Shown here: one piece after another, positions 12,801 through 25,689 of the stretch | Numbering within the stretch: position 1 is the stretch's first letter | How the letters are laid out: each line of letters starts with the position of its first letter | NCBI GenBank assembly: GCA_036172245.1 | Contig: JAYWIR010000004.1 | Location: 1,550,001-1,614,000 of the forward strand | Source: Raillietiella orientalis | Lineage: Eukaryota | Reading direction: 5' to 3' | Length of the DNA: 64,000 nt | The notes under the pieces: generated by a model | What the model saw: only the letters and a program-made list of their open reading frames with translations | Database searches by the model: none | What the model was told of the DNA's origin: nothing | Made by a program: the position numbers and the translations under genes

Positions 12801-15379
12801 CCCTCTTCCCATTTTCCCAGCATTTATTAAGAGTTTGAGTATCATATGGCGCCAAGGGGAGCGTGACACCACATTTATTCGCGAAGCTGGCGTCAGGGTT
12901 TCCCTACGTCCAGAATGTTCTACTTTTTTCGGCCGCGTTCTTTCTCACCAGTTGTTGAGCGCAGGAGGAAAAAAAAAAAAAAAAATGCTCCCAGCATCCC
13001 AAGTTCGTCAGGATGACAATCCGGTTCCTTTTCAAACAGTTCGTTTCCACCAGTGGAAATTGCGGGAGGAGAAAGCTCCCGTCACGTTGGTAGTAAAACC
13101 ATCACCACCCCGGCCTCTCTGCCTCCGCTTGCATTTTGGAGAAATGGCCACTGCTCTTCTGTTCTCCAGCTATGGAACGTGGGCGTTGTCTCTCGGCAAT
13201 CAGATGAAACGAAAAGGAAAAAATTCTCGATGCGAAATTTCGTCCTCGCTTTATCTATAATCGCTCTACCTACTCAAGGGAAGAAAATACCGCCCAAATT
13301 GTTCCACTCAAAAGGACACTACCAATCTGCCTTTTAATTAAATCTCTCGTCGCCTCCGCCTCTCTCAACTCAATCATCCCGGTTTCTGGCATCAAATTTA
13401 GGATATTCCTCTTTGAAAACAGCCAGCGCACTTCCTTAAGGGAAAGGAACCCATGCCGGAAAATAATTGAATTTTCAGTAAGAGCTCTCTGATTCCTGGT
13501 TTGTCCAGAGGTTAGTTTGCTCCAGCGCGTCGGTCTCGCAGCAAGCGACACGATGCTGGTGTTGTAGCTCCCAAACAAGATCTTCTATCACGATGCCTCA
13601 AGATGATGAGGTTTGCCTTCAGTGGCTGGACATTTGCAGAGAGGTTCTCTCCATTCTATCTGCCCGCAGCAGGAAGCGTTCGCGCGAAGGCAAAGACCCT
13701 GAAGCGATGCTTTCGTCTCGAAGGTGAGGAAGCTGCATGCCCAAGGCTTCCTAACGCGAACTTTTCACACCGGCATCCGGAGACGACTGAATCACTGAGG
13801 ACCGAGATACAGTGGTTGGATTCGATGAATTCATCGAAGAGGTGGTCTCTCCATCAAGATGCCTCCTCAGAGCAGAACCCGCGCTTTTATCAGATAATGG
13901 GGAAATGCACAGTGGACCCCGTATGAATTGGATTCGTATAGCGCGACAAAAGATGGGTGACCGTCCTCGTATAACACGGAAAGTCAGCCCCGCAAGACGC
14001 TGTTTTGCTTTCATGTGAAATCAGAAATATTATAAATGCAATATAAACGTTTATAAAGTTTATGTTACATTTTAGATCTTTCCTTAACACTATCATATTA
14101 TCTATTAGCAACCTATCCATAGGGCTCGTGTAAGGAAAAATTACCTTCGACTTGTATAAGGGTCTACTACGTTTGTAAAAACACCCATGTCTATCGTGGC
14201 CCTGTCCTGTTGACTAATGTATATGGATCCCATTTCTTGCGAGCTCATAGTTTTGTATAGCCCAACTTTCTAAGTACCTTCAGAAGTGATGTGAGCTATC
14301 TTCTTTTTCATTGTGTGTTCAAAATGAGCATGTGGAGTTGACTCTTCAGAGGCAGTCGTTTAAAGATCCTTTGAAATTTCTTGCAAGAGGACACTGCACA
14401 CTTCGCAAGACTCCATTACGGAACATTCTAGCATGGTTTGACTTGAAACAAATGATGTTCTGGGACAGGATGATGTAAATGATCAGCATGATTGTAGGAG
14501 CAAATGATAAGGAAATCACAGCATATTGAACTTCATCACATACTGAAAGATTTTTGTTCACGGGTAATATCCTAATTAGTAATAATCCCAAGGAAGCATG
14601 AGTTTACGTTTGACAGCGGGTGAAAGGAAATGATGATTGCAGCATCTGGCCATGCTGGTGGATGTAGATTCCAATAAGACTTCCTTTCATTTTAAACAGA
14701 ATGTAAGTCAAAAGATTCTTACATTCAACTGCAAAGATCCTCAAACTACCATGCGCCTCTGGAAGGACACCTCAGGAAGATAGTTTTCAAATAGTCAAAC
14801 GGAGCACTATCAAAGATTAGAGATGCTAAAATGCATCGAAAATAAACTGGAAATCAATTTTATGGTTTCCCTTTTTTTCCCCCGTAAAGAAGTGGGAATT
14901 CACATCACAGCAACGAAGCACGCTTTTGCATTTAAAAAAAAAAAAAAATTTTTGTGCTGCTAATATTAGCAACTTGGGTTTCATTTCAGAGTGATAAATA
15001 TCATTCTATAGTATTTCTTATTTCTTGTACAATTCAAATCAAATGATAGCATCGTTTTATTTGATTTCATCTTTTGTGCTCTGGGACAAATCAGTAGAAA
15101 CTCGTACAAACTTCCTGCATTACGAAGAAAGGCTTCTGCACTACAAACTATTTCCGAGTTAGGCAGCAGCATCACATGCATCATATACGATGCGTCTCAA
15201 AACGGAAGTCGCAAGTTGGACTTTAAAAAAAACCGAAGTCAACTTTCATGTAAAATGAAGTGCATCGAGTCCGCTAAGGACGATTCAGAGCAGAGAGAAC
15301 GAAGCTCTTTGCAGTGGTTCCAACAGTGGAGAGAGAAAAGAGCTGCCGCAGCAAATAAAAGGAAATTTCTTGAAGATGC

Positions 15380-16000
15380 TAGCTCAGAGGTCTCTTTGCA
15401 ACAACACTCCACGTGAAATTAGCGACGGAAGTGAAAAAAAATTCCAGACATCGCAAGTTAGAGCTGCTGATAACACCTAATTTCAAGAGCATCCTGTTAT
15501 CCTTAAGGACCTCAATCGGGCATTCCAAGGAAACGCAATTTTTGTCTTCCGAGCTGCTTCGAGCGGAGTCCACGCTATAGCCTTCTTCCAAGATCCCCTC
15601 ACGCTCTGCAACACGAAGATCGACAAACTGGAAGGCATCTTTGTTGGAGAATTTCGCTCCCGATGTATAGGCCTGGCAAGTACCATGGCCGTAAGCGCCT
15701 GGACGGAGTCGAGTTGGGGAAGCTACTCTTCACTGTCTCCACACTAGCATTCCCTTCTCTCTTCCTTCCCAGACTGCCACCCAATAAATCGGATTTTAAT
15801 CTTCAAAAGGAACATGGGAATTTTTCGTCTCTTCTGTCACTCCGGTTCGTGCCAAAAACATTGCAGAAGGTGAAAGATATGGCGAGAAATCGTTTTTCCG
15901 TCGTACAAAGAGTACTTGGTTGATCTTCTTGGATGTGTGTGGTAACTTGTGAACTTTGGCAGACATATGACCTGTCTCATAAGAAATCCTTGCACTGAGA
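15380..16000 (-). pseudogene. Possible NACHT-domain (winged-helix region) relic
   Basis: LRVAEREGILEEGYSV...LLKLGVI...LEFFFTSVANF resembles the LA..G.......LG.L......F.H.S.QEF pattern of NACHT NTPases. The frame is disrupted. Confidence 0.25.
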
Positions 16001-19000
16001 CGGACATCCCCATCCTTTCTCACAGATGCAGGAGATGACTACTTGGTATCTTGTTCCTGCAAATTTTCATGGGGTTCCTTCAAAACGGAGTGCATTCCTT
16101 CCTGAATGACCACTGTCCAGAAAGGCATTTGAGGGAACACGAATTGCTGGAAAGTGCGCCGGCACTTTCCAGCGATTCCTGATTCCATGCGTTCGGGGCA
16201 AGGAGCAGGACGAAAGCGGTGGGATTACTTTGGCAGGTTCCTCTCGGACAAAGCAGACCTCATTTTGGTCCGACAATCAGGCTCGAATACGAAACGGTGC
16301 TCCTGACATTAGTCTCATGGCAACACTGGATTGATCAGTCAGTGCTTCGAAACAGTGACATTCGACGGAAAAAGGTCACGTGCTGGCATTTCGATGGACT
16401 GAAACCAAAAAGCCTTTCCACCTCTCTATTTTTCAATGCTGCCGTATATGATGACTACAGATTCAGCGGAGAGTAATGTTGCTCTCCTGATGAACTAATG
16501 TATGTCAAACAGATTTTTTACATGATCTTTTGTGTCGAGGAGACAAGGTTCGCGTAACAAAAATTCTCAAGAGATTCTTTTCTCTTTTTAATGCGTTTTC
16601 GAATGCTTCATGGACATAAATTTCCCGTTAACGAGAACTGAATAATGATTAACATTCACGATATCCATTAGTCTGAAGTGATTTTATGCCATGCGCGCGA
16701 CTGTGTTCACATAAATTCCCATAGTTTATTAACTTGCGGCTTGAAATATTCCCTTTTTTTAGACATCTGTTCTCTTTTCGATCGAAAGTCAATAAAAATT
16801 ATGATGTCTTACATCTTTGCATCACGTAAGAAGTACTCTTGGTATCTGTCTCTCGTCCTATTTACGGAATTGGTACGAATTCTCTTGGAATAATCAGAAT
16901 ACGTTTCTTTTGGAATATTCAACTGCACACAGGAACCACAAATCTTTGAACTAGCCCTTCTAATCAATCACTTTGCTGTACTTTCATCCCAAGCTGAGTA
17001 CATGTATACTGCAGTTATTCGAGTTCTAGTTGTGAATAATGGCTGACACGCCTCATAGAGTTATGTTCTCATGAGGAGTGATATCTTCCAGGCAATGTTC
17101 GCAATTAATAGCCCGAGTGAGACGTCATCAGTTTGCCAATGAATAATAGGAATTTGAATTATAGGCACTGTCTGCTAGGGTTTAAGAATCGTTATAAAAA
17201 AATGACCCTTGGAAATCTTTTCAATTTTTCTGTTAGGCCATACGAAAACGGGTTCCCGAACTCGCGAGCACTGAATATCTGTGCATAGATAAATTCCCGT
17301 GCTAATGAAATGTACTGTACAGTGAGTTTGCCGTGAATTTGAACATCGTTGGTAGGAAGCTATCAAATCATCATGCTCAGAATGATGTGTACACTGAGAC
17401 GAGATGTAGAGGATCTTTGGGAAAATGCAGCCTTCCAATCATATTTACTGTTGCTGTATCTGATCACTGAAAGCTCAGCAGATTTAAGGAAACTGTGGCA
17501 ATTATCAGAGCTTGCTCTCCAAGAATCATGCTTCTATAGATGTGGAATTCTTGATTTAGTTTTTTTTTATTCTCGTAAGCAGCATGGATCACACAGTGAA
17601 GTCAGGTTTAGCTTAGGTTTGGTGGTAAAAAAACAAAGAAAAAACACATCTGAGGAAAGAAATAGAAGTTCCCTATCAGAGGTACCGACTTTCGAAATGG
17701 AAATTCTGCTGACTAAAGAAAAATTTGGATGCTGGCGAATAGATCTTTCACTTATTCACTGCTTTTAAACTTTGTAATAAATTTTTTAGAACATTCATCA
17801 TCTAGCATTGCATATTGTTTTAAAGTGGTACCAGCCCATCGTAGAGGTCTCCTGAATTGTGGTTTTTACTTCAAAACAAATGAATAAAAAGTAGTCTCTA
17901 CTAGACCCATTGGACCAGAATGACCTGCTGGTCGCTTTGATGAAAATGAAATTCGTACCGCTTTCGTGTTGGATTGCTCCAACACGAAAGTGTTGACTTG
18001 GCTAAATTGCCCCCATGAATTATATAAAAAAAAGTGTTTCAAGTTTCCTCTATTTATGCAACTTGAAGTTTTCAAATTCGAATCTGTCAGTCAACAAATT
18101 TATGTGGCATTCACGGCCATTCGGAAACTGCCTGCCATGTTATGCAAACTTGCAACTTGGTGCAACCTAAGAGCTAAAGCTACACTTGGTCTCTGAGCAG
18201 TTGGTGTTGCTTTGATTGCATGGCTGATGACACTGCAGTTCCTTCATTCCTACGGACACCCACAGGGATCAAAGCAGGTCTGTTGGGAAAAGAGCAATTC
18301 AATATCGAAATTGCAATTGATGATGTCCTTGAACATTCTGTGCGCCGCCGTCTCACAAAGTTGGGATTTCATCTGCAGCTATTGTTCCTTATTATGATGT
18401 CTCCTGCATGTACGAACGATCACATGCTAAGGATCCCAGGATCACCTAAGCACCCCGTGTGCGATTGGGGTGACAGGAATTTCTCAACCTCCTGAAATTC
18501 GAGGAATCTGCGGAACCGGAACACGACAAACCTACGAGTGCTGTACCGTTCTGAGTTTCAGCCCTGCTCCATCCACCCACTGCCCCTTTCCCTCTTGACA
18601 ATTTTCTGCCACCGCATGTTTGTTTTTGTTTCATGAGTTGATCTGGAGTGAGGCAGACGACATGAGCGCGCTCGGTCCTGTGTGTCACTCTTGAGAGCCA
18701 AGGAGCCAGTCGGAGAAATAACTTTAACACTGGCTTGATGTGTTGGCATGGTATTCATTCCTAATATCCAATTGGATCATTTTTCTGGAATCTGGAAATG
18801 TAAAAAAATAGCGCTATCAATCCCAATATGAGATGCCTCAACTTCGCTACATCCAGACGAAACTTCCGCTGGCTTCCGTAGGGAGAGTCATTTCGGGAAA
18901 GGTACTTTTGTGTACAACCAGAAAAAGGCAAAGAGTTCTTTCGTGAAAGAGACTGCTTTGTGGACCGTGTCACTGGACAATGAGAGGTTCCTTTGAAAGG

Positions 19001-19209
19001 AGAGGTTTTTATTTTTTATTTTTGGCTCGAAAGGCGCTCCAGAGAGGACGAGCGTAAACGGCGTGGTCGACAGCCGGTCGAACCAGATCCAGCAAAGCGT
19101 CCTCAGCAGGCGTATTTCAAGCAGACTGTGGCTTGTAGAGGGAGATCGGCGGGGATGATGTTTCCACGGAAACGCGGCTCCGGGGGTTTCTTCCTACGCG
19201 CTCCCGAGC

Positions 19210-19593
19210 GTGCTTGCTCGCGAGCGATCGTTAGGAGGTTCCGTCGCCCACCTCGGTGGCGCTTTCCATTCCTTTCACGAGGTGCGGAGCGAAGCTTCGG
19301 GAAGGAGGAGATGATCCGTTGCCTCCTCGAGCGGTGACCAGCACATCATGAAAGAGCGAGGAAAGTCCTCCTCCCCGACCTTTTCTCCGAAGAACGGCAT
19401 CTCGCTCATGGTTCCTGACTTGGGACCATGACTGGCGCTAAGTGGTCCGGAGCAGCATCTTCCATGCGGGTGACATGCAAGACGATGCCGAGTCGAGTTT
19501 TTGCTAGATTGTCCAACGTGGTCTTTCGCATCACCCGTCGCGCCGGTTTGCTCTACTCTCGGGGAAGCTACCGCGGAGCCAGCAAAACGCTGT
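19210..19593 (+). mobile_element. Older degraded LINE ORF2 remnant that received the nested insertion (resumes after 20510)
   Basis: GC-rich and frameshifted. Joining across the TSD reads RRAGLLYSRGSYRGASKTLSWPWRV, which resembles the post-RT region of L1/Tx1 ORF2. Confidence 0.45.
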
Positions 19594-20495
19594 TCCCCAC
19601 CCGGGTGCGCCGGGGAGTTTATTTCTAAACTATCCGGAAACAGAGTTCCCGGACAAAGGACACAGAAAAACGAAGGGAGAGCTCCCCGACACGCAGGTCG
19701 GTAAATTCGAAAGTCCAGAACGGGAGGGAGGGGACCACAAATACACAAGGCAAGTGATGACAGTTGCCTACGGCAAGGTGGGAGGTCGCCTGCACTATCG
19801 CAGGAGCAACCCGACCCATGGGCGGCTGGAGGACTAGAGAGCTGGCCGCCACGCCTCGCAACATCCCTAAGGGAGTCCTTCGGTAGAGCGATCTCTTGAG
19901 TGTGCCCCTCGGAGAACTTGTGGTTTCTTTCTCGTGCGCGGACACTTCTGTGCTGCCCCTTCCATGGAAGCAGGACGTCATCATGCTGGTGCATTGGGGT
20001 TTCCATTGCAACCAGCGCAGCAACGTTCTTTCCGGGGGAGTTGCCTCCCCGGACTGCAAAAGGTGCGGAGCAGCAGGAACGCTCCCGCACCTGCTTTCGG
20101 ACTGCGGTGTCCTCCAAGGACTGTGGCGGAGGCTGACCTCAGCTCTCCTGCTCCAGGGGGACACCGCAAGGGGATTTGATGCGCCGCTTCTTCACGCCAG
20201 GCGGCAAAGGTATCATTAGGTGCGGTGGTCGCAACGGTCTGTTGCCCCCGCTCCATCGACAAGGCCCACCGAGAGCGGGAGAAGCTGGCGATTCGTCGTG
20301 AGGCCACCGGAATAGCCGACGAGAACATGAGGTCGGCTGCCGAGCGGCGTCATCTTCCAGAACACGCAAGGAACGAGATCTCCGGCATCCAACGCCAGTT
20401 CTGAGAGAAAGGAACGGCCGAAGCCAAAGACCCCTGTCTCCTCCCCTCCCCATATCTTTATTTATATTTTTTTATGTGTGGGTGTATTTGTGGTC
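19594..20495 (-). mobile_element. 5'-truncated, 5'-inverted non-LTR retrotransposon copy with 15-bp TSD
   Basis: Flanked by ccagcaaaacgctgt (19579-19593 and 20496-20510). The + strand part encodes the CCHC knuckle CKRCGAAGTLPHLLSDC typical of LINE ORF2 C-termini. The 3'UTR terminus with AATAAA lies on the - strand at 19594-19746. Confidence 0.85.
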
Positions 20496-21699
20496 CCAGC
20501 AAAACGCTGTCGTGGCCGTGGCGCGTCGCTGCGAGAGACCTTCCTCCCAGGCTTTGAGAGTTCTTTTGCGTAAGCGGTTGCTTAGTATCAGCAAACAGAA
20601 TGCGATGGAAGCTGGATTGCAATGAATGTCCGGTCGTGCGGGAGGTTTTCTTTTTTTTTTGGGAGGGGGGGGCCTTGTGTGCTTGGGCACACGCGTTCCT
20701 TTCGCTCGCTCGAACGGCACGCGCATTCCTCCGCGCAGCCCGCAAAAAAAAAAATAAAAATAAAAATTTGTTTATCACTGAGGATATAATTGAGCTGTCT
20801 CTAGCAGAGCAATTGCATTCGGTATCGGGAGCTCCATAACCGTTTTCGATTTTGCTTAGGTACGCTTTTTCCAGTAGGATTGTAAAGCGGTGACGTATGA
20901 AAATTGAGTTCCAGAATTTGTGGGAAGAATTCTTCCTTCTCCACACAGAATAAAAGTCAGGAAGTATGAGCTGCTTCAACAATTAGGGAACAAACGGCAC
21001 GTGAGAGGGGGAGAGAGAAAAAATATTTTTTCCCCGAATGAGTCGGGATTCCGAGCAAGCAAAGTGCGTTTCTGATTCAAATTCCCTTATTCCTGCGAGT
21101 GTTTCCAACAATTAATTGCCTGGGCCCATTTTAGGGGTTCATCATCATTCAATGAATCCTAGAGCTGCAGGGATTGGCAGCTTCCGCCGTGCGGTGCAGC
21201 ATGCACCTTCCTGCTTTGAGCACGATCCCATTCGTCGATGGGAATCTTCCAAAGACGGGAACAAACTCAGATCAGTCTAAAAGCCTGCGTTGAGCTGCAA
21301 GCAGCAGCACTGGATGTTCGCTGGTCAAATATCAATGGACAGTGAGAACAGACGGGGTGTTGTCTGTAGCCGGAGAGAATTCAATCCAAACAGAAGTCTC
21401 TGCAGGAGGGGAGGCGGAAGTTAGGCTTATGAGAAAGAGGGAACAAGTCTTCCCTGCAGGAAAAGATGCCGCCGCGGAGAGACAAGCAGGGAAGTGCGGA
21501 AACTGAAAATTAACAGGAGCAAGAAAAAGTCGAGCATTTTTTTTTTTTTCTTAATCTGAGAATGTGGCTGATGGAGTGGACGACGCTCCAAGCGTTTCGC
21601 GATTCGCTCGCTCATCGTCAGCATCGGTTAAACCACGACCACAGCGCGCGACAGAACCCTTTCCGAACCGATGTATCTTCTCTCGCTTCTTAGCTCTCC

Positions 21700-22280
21700 T
21701 TCCCTTCGCCACAAGGAATCTTCCAGAGTGACTGATTTTTCTAGCAAGGTGTGTTGAGCTCACGAGGCGATTGGAAGCCTCCCAAGATCGTGCGTGCATG
21801 TCTGGAAAAAACGTCCCATCACGGAAGGTCATTCCAGGACGGCTTCAGAGGAATTCCGGAGACCAAAGATCCCTCCCGTTCGAGAGGCGGGAAGCACGGG
21901 GGAGGAAAAACGCTTTCCATGCTCGACTCCGTCCTAGAGAGGGTTCTCTCTCCCAAAGATCCTGCTGTAACGAAGGTTGAAAGTTTCTTCAGCCTGCCGT
22001 GTTTCCAGTCCGACGAGGATGCCGATCCAAGAGATCTTCAGCCGTGAGTAGGATTTCGTCAGTTCGCTAACTGGGTCTGGTGGCCTTTTTCGGTGGCATG
22101 GAATGCGGTCTACCAAAGACGAGGAGGCGCTTCGGTGCACAGAATCCTACAACATCTTGGGGATGGCGCTTTCAGAAATTTCTTAAGGAATGCTCTTCCA
22201 GGTCTTTCCCTCTGGAAAAGTATGGGTAATTCCGGATGTTTGAAGAAGGGCAGAGATCGGAAAGAGCGAAATGTGTGATT
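21700..22280 (+). mobile_element. Highly degraded LINE reverse-transcriptase remnant
   Basis: VFPVRRGCR/xxDLQP across a frameshift (about 21999-22045) resembles the F.V.RG.RQGDPLSP RT motif. ESYNILG (about 22142) resembles the Y.YLG motif. Confidence 0.4.
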
Positions 22281-22929
22281 TTGGACTCAAATCCGCTTAA
22301 GGAAGATGAAAAACGAGACTTCTCCCTCCTCCTTTTATCTCACAATGAGAAGATTATTAAGACAATAAATAAGTCTAAGGAGAGCAAGCGATCTTTCTGG
22401 TATCATCTACCGCGCATGCACATGCGCCTGCGTGATGAGCAATCTGACTGGCTTCTGGCGCGGATCCACCCCCAATTATAGGTCTTAAAATGAGCGAAAA
22501 ACGATAGATGAGCATCCAGATGGCAGCTCCAGGAGCTCATCTCGATGCTTTGAAAGCTGAATGCTGGATCTTCTCAGCAACTGTCATCGATGGAGTGAAT
22601 AAACGAGTCGATATTCCTAGTTGGCAGGCGGAAGATCTTCCTTCTGCTACCATAAAACATCTTTATAGAGGGTCATTGCAGAGGTCCTTCCGTGAAGTTC
22701 TCCCTTCTGAACTTCTCATCCCGTTTCAATCTCTCTGTCCCGGATTTTTTCACTTGAGCGAGTCGGTGGTAGATTCGAGCATCTAGCAGGCCTCTGTATT
22801 TGGAACCCCTGTCGGTCGGTAGTGGCAGGCAAGATAGAGGATCTGCTCTGCCCATCTCGCAACTATCCTCGGACGCCGAGCTCGACAAACGTCTCATCCC
22901 GGATTGCTGGATCATTTGATTAGGATAAA

Positions 22930-24480
22930 GGAATTAAATTTCACAATATGTAAGGGGCTGACTTGAGCCGACCCGGAAAAGGACAGGATAAAACCCCACT
23001 ATGGATGAAACTAGGGACGAGTAAAGAGAGAGCAGAGACTTCCAGTAAATGAATAAATGGAGGATGAAATTCGGAGGACTCGTGATGATGAAAAGGATTT
23101 CCGAGGGCCTGCGCTCGGCAGCCGGGGAAGCAAGGGATAAGTTCTCTGGTTTCGAGCCAGCCTGGTCCCAACAGTCCAAAGGATCTCTTGTGTTTCAAAT
23201 CCAAGACTGGATCACCTGAACGGCCTTCTCATGAAGAAGACGGCGACTGCGAACAACTCTCCTGGATGATGACCATGCTCGTCGCGATTGCTGGCGACTA
23301 TCATTGCTCGCTCGTGGCGGAGAGTCAGCAGAGCGGAGGCGACTAGCAAGCCTGGACAAAGCGGCATCTATTCCAGCAGGTCCGGTGGAACACCACTGGG
23401 GGATTTCATCGATGCGCTTCCAGACCTGCTAGAACCTGATGCATCCCGGCAGAATGTCCGGAGGGACTTGCACCATTTTGCAGTGGGTGAATCCTTACTG
23501 TGTAAAGGTGCCTCTCCACTTTTCCAGTCCGTCTCCAGTCAGTCAGTAAGATACGATCAGGTTTCATCGGAGAGAAGCGGAGGTGTTATCTTCCAGGAAG
23601 CCTGAGGAGTAAATATTTACGGGGAATTCCGAGAAACTGGATCTACCTTTACGAGTTCTCAGCAGAGTCCTTGGGAATGGCTCCGCTCGCTAGAAGGGAC
23701 ATTTTCCTTAAACCAATGGGGTTGGTAGACCCCGCAATACAGCTGGTTTTCTATCCATGTGTTATCTCTCCATACACGTCTTGCTCATCTCTCTTATATA
23801 GTGAGGGACATATGGCGTCTTATAAAAAGTCTCGCATTCACCTTGAAGGGGGTCAACTTTGTCCCAATTTTCACCAAGAGGCAGTTTTTCCAAGAGGCTC
23901 ATGGTGCTGTGTTTGAGGAAGATTGGACTTTTCGGACGTCTTGACATTTCTAGTGAATACTGCCTCCACATGCCCCTGTTAAGCGGGCTCCAAGATAATC
24001 ACTTGTGATCCAGGAACTTCAGAACCGAAGAGAATTCAGCAGGAATGCGATTGGGCGAAGCAGGTGATAGCCCAGACCTCTTCCTCGCCTGTGGTTAGGA
24101 GACAGGATGGAAGCGCGTCCTTCTTGGGTCGCTGTATCCTTTACGAACATCTCGGCGTGCGTCTCAGCTCACGGCGAGGATTCAGGCTTCGCAATGATGC
24201 TTTCATCTGCATCCCTTTGGCGAACAGCAAAGTTCAGGCCGGCTTCCCGACAAGGGGGAACCAAATCCCCCGGTGGTACCTTCGATCTGACAAAATTTTC
24301 CAGAGCTTGCAGCATCAAGCCAATTACCACTGTGCCGTTTAGGGGTACGAAGGCACGAGTGGGGAGTCCATTAGGGCGGAATCTGGCCGAAGTTCTAGGG
24401 GAAGTGGAGTTTTTTGAGTTTCTCTACAGAAAAGCAGGGACCGTGAGCGAAAAAAAAGCTCATCATCCCGCATTGCCGGA
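22930..24480 (-). mobile_element. Degraded LINE ORF2 3' half with 3'UTR
   Basis: The minus strand shows a PGGFG.P motif (about 24270), a HCKM...LPGC...QVWKRI knuckle-like remnant (about 23410-23490) and a tttattcattt UTR (about 23050). Many stops and frameshifts. Confidence 0.45.
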
Positions 24481-25689
24481 GGGCTTCTCTATTGCAAGTG
24501 AATAAACAACGGAATCACAAAGTTCGGCATTGTGCGAGAAGAACGAGGGGAGAGTTTGCTGCGCCATTTCCACAGCCTTCTCCTCCCGTGAACTCTATCG
24601 ACTCCGCCCCCGCGTTTTTTCAATTCGGAAAAAAACACGCTTTTTCTGTTCGAGGTGCCGAGACGGGATGCCGTTGTCGCGGCGGGAGCACCGTTCCTGG
24701 AGTCCCATGCTGGATTCCCGGGCCGCAACCTCAAACGCCTCCGCGGTCGGCTTTGCCGCTCTCGACTTCCGAACAGGCACTTTCGTATTCCTCCGCGTCG
24801 GGCGCCGCGGGCGATACAGCGGAGCTGCTCGAAGCGAGCCTCTGAAAACGGCGGCAGAATCCACCTCTTCTTGCGAATGGACTTGGCATGGCTGCCGCTG
24901 CTCTTCGGGTCGTCCGGAACGTGGCTCGGGAGGAGCGCCCAGTGGGCGTTCGCGCTGCACCAGATGCTCAGTGATGCCGCTCAGGAGATTGGCGCGCGAT
25001 CGAGAGATTTCCAGATCCGCCAGTGATCCCGGTCGTTTCTCGAAGATTGCATGCCTTGCCACTACCTCGAAGGCTTCTGAGATCCTGTGTCGCAGATGCT
25101 GATCCTCCTTGTTCTCCTGAGCGGCCCTGGATGCTTCCGGAGTGCTGCCATGCCGCGTCCAGAATTGCGGCTGCATCTCCTCCTCGTAGTACGGTGCGCA
25201 GGGGAGAGATGCGAGCCGGGATCTGGCATCTTCTGGTGTCCGGGAGCAGTGCTCCATCTGCCGCGGGGCATCCGAGAGATGCGGTTTGCGATTGCACCCT
25301 GCCTGTGTGGACAGACGAGGATGCCTGCAGCGGTGTCTCGTTGTGAGTGGATGGCTGTCCCTCGTTCCATGCCGGAGCGAACGTTGGATCTTCGTTTTCC
25401 TCCTTCCGTGGGCGCGCGCCGTTTTCCTCCCCATCCTTCCCTTGAGTTTGGTACCTCCAACTATCAGTTGGGTTTCCGTCTCCGCTCTCTGGAGTCCAGA
25501 GAGCTCTGCTGGATTTCTATCCTGTGGGAGTGCAAGTGCTCCTGATTCCTGTCGACGGACGTCCGACGTGTTCTTGCTGTCCTTGGATAGCCGGAAGTTT
25601 TCCCCACTTCTTCACAAACAAGAAAGGGAGGATCAGGGAAGAGTGCGACCTGCACTGGCCTGAAACGGCGGGTTACCAATCCTACTGAG

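Noticed and set aside
11985..13260. 262-aa and 258-aa ORFs
   Set aside because: They read through a (TG)n microsatellite, a poly-A run and repeat fragments; shadow ORFs.
24595..25434. 279-aa minus-strand ORF with two EAFEVxAR motifs reminiscent of Rho GTPase C-termini
   Set aside because: No P-loop, DxxG or NKxD motifs in any single frame. The region is GC-rich with overlapping ORFs in all frames. At best an unprovable relic.
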